From: a virus
Virus record (IMG/VR): IMGVR_UViG_3300023180_000018
Strand: one strand, 5' to 3'
Length of the DNA: 64,000 bases
Both the position numbers and the translations under genes were made by a program. This document shows, piece after piece, positions 1-9,386 of the stretch; positions within the stretch are counted from its first letter, which is position 1, and each line of letters begins with the position of its first letter. The notes under the pieces were generated by a model. It was not told where the DNA came from and made no database searches. It saw only the letters and a list, made by a program, of their open reading frames with translations.

Positions 1-548
1 ATAGTCAAAGGTATAATTTTCATTTGTGTACATAAATCATCTGAAATACAAAAAAATTCTACAACGTATTCATTTTCAGCAGCAAGACACGCAAACAACT
101 GTGGTTGGTAATTATAAAATCCATGATCTGACCATTTATAATATGGAAGCACGTGTATCATATATCCGCCAACTTTAGTTAAATCATGCATATTTTTAAA
201 AACGGCGTATTGATTAAATACGTGCTCACTTGTTCCATTATTTGTAACTAAATCAAATTGTTCGGTCCAATTATAATGAGTTTTTAAATCTTTATTTAAA
301 TCTAAAGCTATAGCATCTAATTTTGTATTTACATCAATTGCTACATATTTTTTATAACCTAACGCTTCATAAAATTGTTTGGTAGATTCATACTTATCTT
401 TCAAATAAGGACGTTTTCCAGCCTTTAGGATTTGAAGTATTCTTCTATTATTTTGAGTTTGATTTCCAAAATCACAAACGGTTTTATTTTCATTGTGTAT
501 AAGTTCATCTGCACGATCAACCACATACGTCATCATATCATTAAACAT
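1..548 (-). CDS. Class I SAM-dependent methyltransferase-like protein (partial, runs off window start)
   Basis: Manual translation from ATG overlapping the nrdB stop (TAATG): MFNDMMTY...TVCDFGNQ...YVAIDVN...FDLVTNNGTSEHVFNQ...KVGGYMIHVLP; not in the ORF track. Confidence 0.65.
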   Translation of the reverse strand, partial: MFNDMMTYVVDRADELIHNENKTVCDFGNQTQNNRRILQILKAGKRPYLKDKYESTKQFYEALGYKKYVAIDVNTKLDAIALDLNKDLKTHYNWTEQFDLVTNNGTSEHVFNQYAVFKNMHDLTKVGGYMIHVLPYYKWSDHGFYNYQPQLFACLAAENEYVVEFFCISDDLCTQMKIIPLT

Positions 549-1642
549 TACAATTCAAATCCTTTAAAACTATCAGTATCAATATCCTTTTTTATTCCAC
601 CAATAATATATGATGTAATTTCTGTTTCTTGCGGTGCTACTTGAACATCAGATCCACTAATCCATTTTTGTGTCCAAGGCAATGGATCATTTCCACCCTT
701 ATACGGAGATTTAATTCCAGCCGCTAACATTCTTTTATGCGCGATCCATTCTACGTATTCGCATAAAATATCTTCATTAAGGCCAATCATTGTTCCATCT
801 TTAAAAAGATATTTGGCCCAAGTTTTTTCTTGATCTACTACGTTTTTAAATATGTTAATAATTTCTTCTTCACATGTTTCTTTTAATTCTGCAAAATATG
901 GATCATCTTTTGGTAAAATTTTAAGTAAATGTTGTGTAGATGCTAAATGTACATTTTCATCTCTTGCGATTAATTTAATAATTTTAGCGTTACCTTCCAT
1001 TTTCTTAAGTTCAGCGAATGCCCATGAACATGCAAACGAAACATAAAATCTAATTCCTTCAAGAGCGTTAACTGCGTTTAATGCTAACCATAAAGATTTT
1101 TTATGTTTATTTTCGTTATACTTTAACAGTTTTTTATTCATAATTTCTTCATTATTTTGACTTATTAAAATGTCGTAATATTTCGAAATATCATCAGCGC
1201 AATCAACAATTTGTTTAATATCTAATAATTCATCAAACACTTTAGAAGGATCTGGATATACATTTCTAATAATGTGTGTATAACTTCTTGAATGTATTGT
1301 TTCACTAAAAGACCATGTTAAAATCCAATTTTCTAATTCTGGCAAAGAACAAACAGGTAAAAACGCTTCAGCCGGAGCTCGGCCTTGTACTGAATCTAAT
1401 ACAATTTGACGTTTTAAATTTGATGTAAAAATGTGTTGTTCATGCTCTGTAAGATTTTTAAAATCTTTACTATCTCTACTAATATCTACTTCTTCTGGTC
1501 TCCAAAAAAATCCTAATTGTTTTTCAGTTAATTTTTCAAAGATTTGATATTTCTGTTTATCGTATCTTGCAACATTTACCGATTGTCCAAAAAACGCAGG
1601 TTGATTTACAGCATCTATTTTTCTAGTGTTAAAGACTGACAT
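548..1642 (-). CDS. nrdB: Ribonucleotide reductase class Ia beta subunit
   Basis: FFWRPEEVD, QIVLDSVQGR, ETIHSRSYTH, EGIRFYVSF, RDENVH, VAPQETE motifs; start moved to MSVFNT at 1642. Confidence 0.97.
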   Translation of the reverse strand: MSVFNTRKIDAVNQPAFFGQSVNVARYDKQKYQIFEKLTEKQLGFFWRPEEVDISRDSKDFKNLTEHEQHIFTSNLKRQIVLDSVQGRAPAEAFLPVCSLPELENWILTWSFSETIHSRSYTHIIRNVYPDPSKVFDELLDIKQIVDCADDISKYYDILISQNNEEIMNKKLLKYNENKHKKSLWLALNAVNALEGIRFYVSFACSWAFAELKKMEGNAKIIKLIARDENVHLASTQHLLKILPKDDPYFAELKETCEEEIINIFKNVVDQEKTWAKYLFKDGTMIGLNEDILCEYVEWIAHKRMLAAGIKSPYKGGNDPLPWTQKWISGSDVQVAPQETEITSYIIGGIKKDIDTDSFKGFEL

Positions 1643-1643
1643 T

Positions 1644-2429
1644 TTATTCCTTATTAAAATTCCATCTGTTAATCCATGCCGCGTAATTAGTATCATAACT
1701 TAAACAAAACATATATCTGTTATGAATTCCAGTTTTTCTTTGAGTAACAGCATGAAATGCTACTGGACTATTTGGAAATATAATCATATTTCCTGGTTCG
1801 TATTTTATTGTTTTACATTTTACTACTGTATTGATATCATCAACTATGTTTCCTCTTTTACACGGGAGACCATAATATAATTCTAGATCTCCTCCTAAAT
1901 CATCATCTTTTTGTTTTAAATATAATAACGTAACAAAAACTTTAGTAGGTAAATCATGATGAGGTAAACATGCGTTAACCCTTTCTTTACTTCGTAAATT
2001 AGTAGCATTAGGATTTGCTAATACTTCTTGATTATATTTTGAAAATGTAGAAATAGAATTTAAGTATATCTCTTTCTTTTCTTGTTCAGAAAAACTAGTA
2101 GAATGCGTATATAATTTTCTAGGAGTATTCTTATTTTTAAGTGTAATAGGTTCAACGGATAAACCTTTTAACATTGGAAAAGAAAATTCTTCCGTTAAAG
2201 AATCAAAATACTTTTGATAAAAATTTTCTTTTCCGTTTGCAAGATAATCTATTCTCCAATCACCTTTATAGTTATCTCTCCACAATGGAAGAGTATTATA
2301 GTTATCTGCAGCGTGTTCTACTTCTTCTTCAGTTAAAGCCTTTTCAAAAAATATATGGGGAAAAGGATCATTGAAAAAATGTTTAGACCTATCATATTGC
2401 TTAAATATTTTCCAAATTAATTCATCCAT
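1644..2429 (-). CDS. 2OG-Fe(II) oxygenase family protein
   Basis: PFPH N-terminus, HHD (HxD), LLYL, GGDLELY, FHAVT and distal Arg. Confidence 0.8.
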   Translation of the reverse strand: MDELIWKIFKQYDRSKHFFNDPFPHIFFEKALTEEEVEHAADNYNTLPLWRDNYKGDWRIDYLANGKENFYQKYFDSLTEEFSFPMLKGLSVEPITLKNKNTPRKLYTHSTSFSEQEKKEIYLNSISTFSKYNQEVLANPNATNLRSKERVNACLPHHDLPTKVFVTLLYLKQKDDDLGGDLELYYGLPCKRGNIVDDINTVVKCKTIKYEPGNMIIFPNSPVAFHAVTQRKTGIHNRYMFCLSYDTNYAAWINRWNFNKE

Positions 2430-4717
2430 TAGATCTTACAGCTTTCACAATCTTCGTCTGATTCTAAAATAGATTGTTCTAGTTCTGGCAAATCTTTTAC
2501 TTCCATTTCTCCAGCACCATCAAACGTATTGTTATAATATAATTGCTTACCGCCATACTTATAAAACATTAAAACGTGTTGAATCATATCTGATAAAGGA
2601 ATTTTTTCATCTTCATAATGTAATGGATTATATGAAGTATTAACTGAAATTCCTTGATCTATGAATTTTTGTAGTACAGCACAAATTTTCAAATAACCTT
2701 CCGGTGATTTTTGATCCCACAATAAATCGTATTTGTTTTTGAGTCTTTGAATACTTGGTACAACCTGCTTTAAAATACCATCTTTTGACTGTTTAACTGA
2801 TACTAAAGCCCGCGGAGGTTCGATTCCATTAGTGCTATTACTTATCTGCGCCGATGTTTCAGCAGGCATGAGTGCCATTAACGTACTATTACGTGGACCA
2901 ATATCAAAAGCTCTTTTACGAAGTGTATCCCAATCCATATTGTATTTTGGCTGTACTAATTCATCCACATCTTTTTTATAAGTGTCAATAGGTAAAATGC
3001 CATTTCCGTATTTACTTTCACACGGCAATTCACATGGACCAATTTCTTCTGCTAAGTCTATAGATGCTTTAATCAAATAGTATGACCATGCTTCAGCATA
3101 TTCATGTAATAATTCTAAATCTGGATTTTGATATGTAGTATCGTTTTTTGCTAACCAAAACGCAAGATTAATAATACCGATTCCAAGAGGCCTTCTATTT
3201 TTTGTAGATAATTCGGCAGCAAGAATTGGATAACTCTGGAAAGACAATAATGCATCTAATGCACGAACAGCTAAAGTACATGGTTTTTCAAAATCTTCTG
3301 GTTTTTTAATTTTACCCCAATTAATTGCAGCCAATGTACACAAACTAATTTCACCTTCATCATCGTATAAATGCTTTAACGGTTTTGTAGGTAAATCAAT
3401 TTCACAACACAAATTACTTTGTCTAATTGGTGCTAATTCTTTCATAAAAGCACCGTGATCATTTGCATGGTCTACATTCATTAAATATACACGGCCAGTA
3501 TCTTTACGTTCTTGAATGAATGATGAAAATAAATCAATTGCAGGAATTGACTTTTTACGAATAGAATATGCACGTTCATATTTTTCATACAATTCTCTAA
3601 ATTTATCTACATCAACATAAAAAGCATCATATAAATCTGGTACATCATTCGGTGAGAATAGAGTAATGTTACCACCTGATAATAAACGTTCATACATTAC
3701 TTTATTAAATTGAACGCCATAATCTAAATGTCTTACTCTGTTTTCTTCTGTGCCTTTGTTGTTTTTAAGGACGAGGATGTCTTCGACTTCGTAGTGCCAT
3801 ATAGGATAATATAAAGTCGCTGCGCCACCTCTGACACCGCCCTGTGAGCACGATTTAACAGCGCTTTGAAAATATTTGAAAAATGGAGTAACGCCAGTAT
3901 GAGAAGTATCTCCATTACGAATCGAAGAACCGATAGCGCGAATGCTACCCGCTCCAATACCAATTCCAGCTTTTTGCGAAACATATTTTACTATAGCCCC
4001 CGCGGTTGCATTGATTGAATCGAGTGAATCATCAGTTTCAATTAAAACGCATGATGAAAATTGTCTTTGAGGAGTTCTAACTCCTGCCATAATTGGTGTT
4101 GGCAAACTGATGTCAAATAAACTAATAGCATTATATAAGTCAACAACCCAATTTAATCGCGTTTCTTTAGGATAGCTATGGAATAATGTCATTGCAATAC
4201 ACATGATAGCCATTTGAGGCGTTTCATATATTTTACCATTAGTTCTATTTTTTACTAAATATTTTCCACGAAATTGTTCCATTGCAGCGTACGTAAAAAG
4301 GAAATCTCTGCTATGGTCAATTTTTGTATCTAAAAAATCTATTTCATCTTTGGAATATTCATCCATAAGAATATCATCATAGATTTTTTCACTTACATTT
4401 TGTATAATATGTGCAGCTAATGTTGGAGGTTCAAATTGTCCAAAAACTTCTTTTCTTAGACCATAGTTAATTAGACGGCCGGCAACATATTGATAATTAG
4501 GAGCATCTTCTGAAATAAGGTCAGCGGCTGCTTTAATTAATGTTTCTTGTACATCTATGGTTTTAATGTTATTATAAAATTGCAAATGGGTTTTAATTTC
4601 TAAATCTGATGCTGATACTCCTGCTAAATCATCACACGCAAAACCAGCAACTTTATGAAATTTATTAAGGTCAAGTGGTTCCTTAGAACCATCACGTTTT
4701 GTTACCATTATGTCCAT
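2429..4717 (-). CDS. nrdA: Ribonucleotide reductase class Ia alpha subunit with ATP cone
   Basis: VTKRDG ATP cone, QFSSCVLI, QSNLCCEI, PAETSAQISN, C-terminal CESCKI. Confidence 0.98.
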   Translation of the reverse strand: MDIMVTKRDGSKEPLDLNKFHKVAGFACDDLAGVSASDLEIKTHLQFYNNIKTIDVQETLIKAAADLISEDAPNYQYVAGRLINYGLRKEVFGQFEPPTLAAHIIQNVSEKIYDDILMDEYSKDEIDFLDTKIDHSRDFLFTYAAMEQFRGKYLVKNRTNGKIYETPQMAIMCIAMTLFHSYPKETRLNWVVDLYNAISLFDISLPTPIMAGVRTPQRQFSSCVLIETDDSLDSINATAGAIVKYVSQKAGIGIGAGSIRAIGSSIRNGDTSHTGVTPFFKYFQSAVKSCSQGGVRGGAATLYYPIWHYEVEDILVLKNNKGTEENRVRHLDYGVQFNKVMYERLLSGGNITLFSPNDVPDLYDAFYVDVDKFRELYEKYERAYSIRKKSIPAIDLFSSFIQERKDTGRVYLMNVDHANDHGAFMKELAPIRQSNLCCEIDLPTKPLKHLYDDEGEISLCTLAAINWGKIKKPEDFEKPCTLAVRALDALLSFQSYPILAAELSTKNRRPLGIGIINLAFWLAKNDTTYQNPDLELLHEYAEAWSYYLIKASIDLAEEIGPCELPCESKYGNGILPIDTYKKDVDELVQPKYNMDWDTLRKRAFDIGPRNSTLMALMPAETSAQISNSTNGIEPPRALVSVKQSKDGILKQVVPSIQRLKNKYDLLWDQKSPEGYLKICAVLQKFIDQGISVNTSYNPLHYEDEKIPLSDMIQHVLMFYKYGGKQLYYNNTFDGAGEMEVKDLPELEQSILESDEDCESCKI

Positions 4718-4719
4718 AA

Positions 4720-4935
4720 TTAATCTTCAAACCATTCCAAAATTTCATTCGCGGAATCTAATAATTCTTTTGCGTCTGCGTACGCGGTGATTTGTTCATG
4801 TACAGCTTCAACTAAATCGGGATGTTCACCAATACCTACTGAGTTATGCATATAAGTATGTACATTTGCAATTGCTTTATCCATGTCTGCTTTATATTTC
4901 GAAATGTTAGCTTTAATTAAATCTGTACGTGCCAT
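4720..4935 (-). CDS. Conserved T4-like phage hypothetical protein
   Basis: 71 aa with VGIGEHPD motif, in operon with nrdA. Confidence 0.65.
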   Translation of the reverse strand: MARTDLIKANISKYKADMDKAIANVHTYMHNSVGIGEHPDLVEAVHEQITAYADAKELLDSANEILEWFED

Positions 4936-5135
4936 TATTCTTCCTCTATTTTTACTGTGTAATCAAATACCATATTATACTTAGTACGTAAAAAATCCAT
5001 GATACTATCTATTCCCGCGTTAGAACCATCTGCAAATCCATCTGAATACGCGTCTGCTTTTCCTACAAAAGATCCTAGTTTATAACTTATGAAAATAACT
5101 CCAATGACTAAAAGGGTGTGAGTAACATCATCCAT
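4935..5135 (-). CDS. Small membrane-anchored hypothetical protein
   Basis: N-terminal hydrophobic segment; stop overlaps next start. Confidence 0.55.
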   Translation of the reverse strand: MDDVTHTLLVIGVIFISYKLGSFVGKADAYSDGFADGSNAGIDSIMDFLRTKYNMVFDYTVKIEEE

Positions 5136-5331
5136 TCCATACTCCTAATACGTAGTTTTCTGCAGCGTCTTCTACATAATAAACGGACTTATCATTATAA
5201 GTTCTTGTTTTAACTTCATCACCTTCCCAGCACTCTAAGACGTATTCTTTTGATTCATTCTGTTTCACTAACGCATGTCTTTTTTGATCATGTGACCAAT
5301 ATTCAGAGATCGTATTCATATTTTTTTCCAT
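5128..5331 (-). CDS. Hypothetical protein
   Basis: Tightly packed ORF ending EDAAENYVLG. Confidence 0.55.
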   Translation of the reverse strand: MEKNMNTISEYWSHDQKRHALVKQNESKEYVLECWEGDEVKTRTYNDKSVYYVEDAAENYVLGVWNG

Positions 5332-6323
5332 GATGTGTATTTAATATTTGCTTGTAGATTATTACTTATATTATTTCTAAGAAGTTCATTAACATTAATA
5401 TCTTCCAATACCATATCATTGATATCTTTTTCTTTTATTATATCAGGAAAGATCACTACTTGACACCCTTTATCCATAACTTTTCGAATTTTTTTACATG
5501 TTTCAATGCTTCTTGGTTCATTATCATAAACAAATATAGACTGTTCATTAACGTAATTCCAATCAATAGATCCACCAGCCATTGCTATTGAATTATCAAT
5601 AAACATAGAATCGATTGGACCTTCTAAAATAAAATGTGGTTTAGAACGATCACATGTATCTAGTCCAAATATTTTAGGCTTTTCATCATTTAACATAATA
5701 GTAATATATCTTATTTCATCATCAGAAAAAGCTCTACCTTGGAAACCAAATAGATTTTTATTTTCATCTAAGAATGGTATAATAAGTCGCGGTGTATCAT
5801 TTTCTATACTTTTAAATTTACCGGGTATAATATCATTTACCCATTTTTTAAATTTTGGCGCATAGAAAAGTTTCGCTTGATAAGGCGTGGGAATTTTACG
5901 TGCGTTAACGTAGTTTTTTACGGGGTGATCCCAACGTAATTGAGATACTTTTTTGAGTTGTTTAAGTGGAGTTGCTTTAATGAAAACGGGAGTCTTCATT
6001 TTATTTGCGAATACTTCTACGTCTGAAAGTACTCTTTGTTTTTTTCCAAATCCGTTCTGTAATTTTTCTTTTAAATATTCTTTATGAATAACCGGATCTA
6101 GAGTTTCTAAAAACTTATCAACTCCAAGAGTAATATTACAATTGTGGCAGTGATACAAATATCCACCATCGTCTTTTGGAAAGAGATATCCTCGAGCTTT
6201 GAATTTATTTTTTTGAGAATCTACACAGATCGGACACCTGCAATTAAATAATCTATTATTAACTCGTTTGAATCTTTCTAAACGAGAACTAATTAAACCA
6301 ATGTATTTTTCTTCAAGCCACAT
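5316..6323 (-). CDS. 61: DNA primase (T4 gp61-like)
   Basis: Zn-binding CPIC...CHNC, RLIIPF, FQGRA, TOPRIM EGPIDS and YDNEPR, KDIND. Confidence 0.95.
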   Translation of the reverse strand: MWLEEKYIGLISSRLERFKRVNNRLFNCRCPICVDSQKNKFKARGYLFPKDDGGYLYHCHNCNITLGVDKFLETLDPVIHKEYLKEKLQNGFGKKQRVLSDVEVFANKMKTPVFIKATPLKQLKKVSQLRWDHPVKNYVNARKIPTPYQAKLFYAPKFKKWVNDIIPGKFKSIENDTPRLIIPFLDENKNLFGFQGRAFSDDEIRYITIMLNDEKPKIFGLDTCDRSKPHFILEGPIDSMFIDNSIAMAGGSIDWNYVNEQSIFVYDNEPRSIETCKKIRKVMDKGCQVVIFPDIIKEKDINDMVLEDINVNELLRNNISNNLQANIKYTSWKKI

Positions 6324-6359
6324 AATATATTAGATACTACTTTCAATGAACTCAGTTCT

Positions 6360-6387
6360 ATTATACGCAAGTAAGCGAAAATGTCAA
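6360..6387 (-). promoter_or_regulatory. Sigma70-type promoter upstream of primase
   Basis: TTGACA-16 nt-TATAAT on the minus strand. Confidence 0.7.
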
Positions 6388-6671
6388 CCCATTTGTTGTA
6401 GAAAATGTGAAAGAATTAAAGTTACTCCCGTAGCAATAAGAAACCACATAACTTTATTAACAACTTTCATTTGTTCTTCAACACGATACATAGAATCTTT
6501 TACATCATCTATATTACGTGATAAACGATTCACTCTTTCGTGTGTTTCTACTCTTCGTTGTTCTAAATCCGCGATTTTTTCTTCTACACGGGCTAAAGTA
6601 ACAATTGCGTCAGAAAGTTTATCTAGCTTAGATTCAATACGATCTAAACGTGTAGAATTTGTATCAACCAT
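6384..6671 (-). CDS. Coiled-coil protein with C-terminal TM helix (holin-like/XhlA-like candidate)
   Basis: Heptad-rich N-terminus, hydrophobic C-terminus, directly after spanin pair. Confidence 0.5.
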   Translation of the reverse strand: MVDTNSTRLDRIESKLDKLSDAIVTLARVEEKIADLEQRRVETHERVNRLSRNIDDVKDSMYRVEEQMKVVNKVMWFLIATGVTLILSHFLQQMG

Positions 6672-6679
6672 GTGAGATC

Positions 6680-7096
6680 CTAATTGTTCGGATTATTTTC
6701 TAACCACTCTTCAGCAGTGGTTCCTTCAGATTCTGTTGTTGCTTCACGATAATAGAGAATCAGTTCTTTCTGTTGTCTCACATAACGTCGAACTTCTTGA
6801 AAGTTCTCTGCCATTTTTTCATACCCATCAGGAGTCAACGCAAATACTACAAAGTTACCATCGAGAATTTTTTCGATCTCTTTTTTCTTCTCTTCATAAT
6901 TTTCTTCTGTAATTACAAAAAAATTAACATTGAGAAGATCAATCTCAGCCGGCAACGGCGGTTGATAAATTCTCAGCGGCACTTTTTCCGTCACTGTTAC
7001 GATCTGTGGTTCCGGTTGGATTATCTCCGGTTTCGGTCCCCACTCCAGTCTGGGCATTAGGTTGCACCCCGTCAATAGGAGGGGTATCGTCAGCAT
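6680..7096 (-). CDS. Outer-membrane lipoprotein, o-spanin (Rz1-like)
   Basis: MLTIPLLLTGC lipobox, Pro-rich segment, 5' part overlaps the i-spanin in another frame. Confidence 0.7.
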   Translation of the reverse strand: MLTIPLLLTGCNLMPRLEWGPKPEIIQPEPQIVTVTEKVPLRIYQPPLPAEIDLLNVNFFVITEENYEEKKKEIEKILDGNFVVFALTPDGYEKMAENFQEVRRYVRQQKELILYYREATTESEGTTAEEWLENNPNN

Positions 7097-7493
7097 CCAT
7101 AAGTTCTTTTGTATCATCTTCTAGCATCCTAAAAACTTGTTCTGTTTTTGCATTCATTCGTTTTTCAATCATACCAGGTTTAGCTCTTGCTAATCTTGTC
7201 AAATTGTGATCTTTAAAGATCTTCATCGCGTTGTCTTTTTCTCGCTGTAACTCATTATTCCTTGCGGTGAGTGCAGACATTGCCGCCTCTGATTTCTTTG
7301 CGTTTGCTTCCGCAGCAGCAAGTGACTCTTGAGCAGTTTTCACTGCCATTTCCATCTGCACCTGATTTTCTTTCAGAGTGCGGTTGTTTGCCTCTAGTTG
7401 TGCTTTTGCTGCCTCTAAGTTAGAGACGGTAACCGAATGATAAGCATATCCACCACCCAATAAAAGAAGACACAATAATATAACATATGGCAT
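6945..7493 (-). CDS. Inner-membrane spanin (Rz-like)
   Basis: N-terminal TM helix, long Ala/Gln/Glu coiled coil, KPGMIEKRMN; overlaps a lipoprotein gene. Confidence 0.7.
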   Translation of the reverse strand: MPYVILLCLLLLGGGYAYHSVTVSNLEAAKAQLEANNRTLKENQVQMEMAVKTAQESLAAAEANAKKSEAAMSALTARNNELQREKDNAMKIFKDHNLTRLARAKPGMIEKRMNAKTEQVFRMLEDDTKELMDADDTPPIDGVQPNAQTGVGTETGDNPTGTTDRNSDGKSAAENLSTAVAG

Positions 7494-7957
7494 TATACTT
7501 TAACCTTTTTTCTTCTCATAATTTTTGGTTTCTTTTTAACTGGTGGATCTTCTCCTGGAATTATTCCCGAAATAGCTCCTCCACCTACATTATTTACGGG
7601 AACTTCTTCTATTAATGTTTTAGCTTCCACCATATAATGCTCAATACATTCTTCTAAATATTCTAAATCATCTGGATCTAAATTCTTTTCTTTGAGTAAT
7701 AATAATGCAGCGGCAAAAGATGCAATTCGTGTTTTACCGCCTGGTATTTTTCCTAATAATTTTTTTAGATTTGCTAGTAACTTATCGTAGTAACCCCAAG
7801 TTTTTTCTTGCGCTGGAGTACGACTTGCTTTATTTAAAATTACCTTACCATCTTTATCAATAACACCTGCTTTATATGCATCCCACTTCTCAAAAGGTGT
7901 TACAAGTCTTCGTAAAAACTCGTAAATTAAATAAATGTCTAAAACACCTTTTGCCAT
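7493..7957 (-). CDS. Conserved T4-like phage protein (gp61.1-like)
   Basis: YEFLRRLVTPFEKWDAYKAGVIDKDGK motif recalled from T4-like phages. Confidence 0.6.
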   Translation of the reverse strand: MAKGVLDIYLIYEFLRRLVTPFEKWDAYKAGVIDKDGKVILNKASRTPAQEKTWGYYDKLLANLKKLLGKIPGGKTRIASFAAALLLLKEKNLDPDDLEYLEECIEHYMVEAKTLIEEVPVNNVGGGAISGIIPGEDPPVKKKPKIMRRKKVKV

Positions 7958-8349
7958 TATAGTTCTCTTAAAATTTTAACAACATTTAGATCTATTGGTA
8001 TAGAACTAGTCACTATTATTCTATCTTCGTATTCAATATCGTATAAAGCTGCAGGCATATAATTTAAAAATAATAAAAACGATTTCAATATATACCAATG
8101 TTTTTCTTCCACCTTATAGAATAACATTCTAGTATTAGCTTTATGTTCAAATACATTATACAAAGTAATTAAATGATTTAATATCAATCTTTCTTTTAAT
8201 TCTTTTTTATCATGATATCTTGAAAACAATCTTTTTATATATTTAAATCTTTGTAAATCCTCGTCAAATTCTTGCATATCATAGCACTGCAAATTTATAT
8301 AATTCGCAGATGCATATAATAAAAAATTGTTCTCATTCAATACTCTCAT
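7957..8349 (-). CDS. Conserved T4-like marine phage hypothetical protein
   Basis: NFLLYA...EFDEDLQRFKYIKRL...ERLILNHLITLYNVF. Confidence 0.7.
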   Translation of the reverse strand: MRVLNENNFLLYASANYINLQCYDMQEFDEDLQRFKYIKRLFSRYHDKKELKERLILNHLITLYNVFEHKANTRMLFYKVEEKHWYILKSFLLFLNYMPAALYDIEYEDRIIVTSSIPIDLNVVKILREL

Positions 8350-8360
8350 AGCAATACCAA

Positions 8361-8380
8361 GGGGCTATTTAAATAGCCCC
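8361..8380 (-). terminator. Stem-loop, possible intrinsic terminator
   Basis: Inverted repeat GGGGCTAT-TTAA-ATAGCCCC after the 8393..9061 gene; U-tract is weak. Confidence 0.5.
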
Positions 8381-8392
8381 CTTTAAACTCAA

Positions 8393-9061
8393 TTAAGCTG
8401 TAACAGTAAGTGTTGCGTTATCAGATACAACTGTTTGTGTTGTACCTGAACCAGAAACTGTTACACGAACAATTGTTTGGTCAGCAATCGTATTAGCATC
8501 TGCTGTTAATGTATTTGTACCTTGACCCGAGAATCCTGATACACCATCTGCAGTAGCAAATGTTCCAGTATCTCCTGGCGTAGTAGTATATTCCCAAGCA
8601 TATGAAAGAGTATTTTCAAATCCAGTAGGAGCTGTAGCAGCAACTAAAGCAAAGTTAATTTGCTCATTACCACTTGCAGAACCGGACGCATCAATAAATT
8701 GACCAGTAATACTGATGAAATAATCAGGTACAACTGCATCATCAGCACCATCACCTTGCATTGCATTGTGTGAAAATGCAACTAATGTTTCATAATGAAC
8801 TCGTCCTGCACGACCACCAGTACCTTCTGTACGTAAAGCCCAACCCGGTGAAGCTGGTCTTGATGAGCCACTAGCGCGTAACGCTTTAATTTCGTTTCTA
8901 TCAACGCCATATTGTCCAACTGTTACGCCTGCTTGATATGCATCAGCAGTAGTATTGCCATAAAGAGCATTACGCTCTGAAGCAGATACTGGCTTACTAA
9001 CTTGCATAGTAGCAAACACTGCTGAATTAGACGCAGCGTCAGAATTTCCCCATTGAGCCAT
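8393..9061 (-). CDS. Virion structural protein with C-terminal Ig-like domain (decoration-type)
   Basis: MAQWG start, GW...GTGGRAGRVHYETLVA motif, Thr/Gly/Ala-rich tail ending SDNATLTVTA. Confidence 0.6.
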   Translation of the reverse strand: MAQWGNSDAASNSAVFATMQVSKPVSASERNALYGNTTADAYQAGVTVGQYGVDRNEIKALRASGSSRPASPGWALRTEGTGGRAGRVHYETLVAFSHNAMQGDGADDAVVPDYFISITGQFIDASGSASGNEQINFALVAATAPTGFENTLSYAWEYTTTPGDTGTFATADGVSGFSGQGTNTLTADANTIADQTIVRVTVSGSGTTQTVVSDNATLTVTA

Positions 9062-9062
9062 T

Positions 9063-9386
9063 TTAGTTTTCCTCTTCTATGATTAACATATCTAAAAGAT
9101 ATTTAGATTTTTTACTTATTAATTTTATTTGACCTTTATGGACTAAATACGTTTCGTTCGGATTTAATCTAGAAAAGTCAACGTTATATTCTTTATTTAT
9201 TAATTCTTCCGACCCAGTTCTAATTTCTTTTACAACTTCATTGACAATTTCAATAACGGGTCTAGGCCTATCAGGTCTAGCCCATTCACCAACATCAGTT
9301 CTTTCAATATGACTTGCAGCTCGAGCATCTTTCCAGCCTCTTACTGCAGCTCTTCTTTCATCATTTGTATTTCTAATAATAGGCAT
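9063..9386 (-). CDS. Hypothetical protein
   Basis: Coupled ORF in late gene block. Confidence 0.55.
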   Translation of the reverse strand: MPIIRNTNDERRAAVRGWKDARAASHIERTDVGEWARPDRPRPVIEIVNEVVKEIRTGSEELINKEYNVDFSRLNPNETYLVHKGQIKLISKKSKYLLDMLIIEEEN

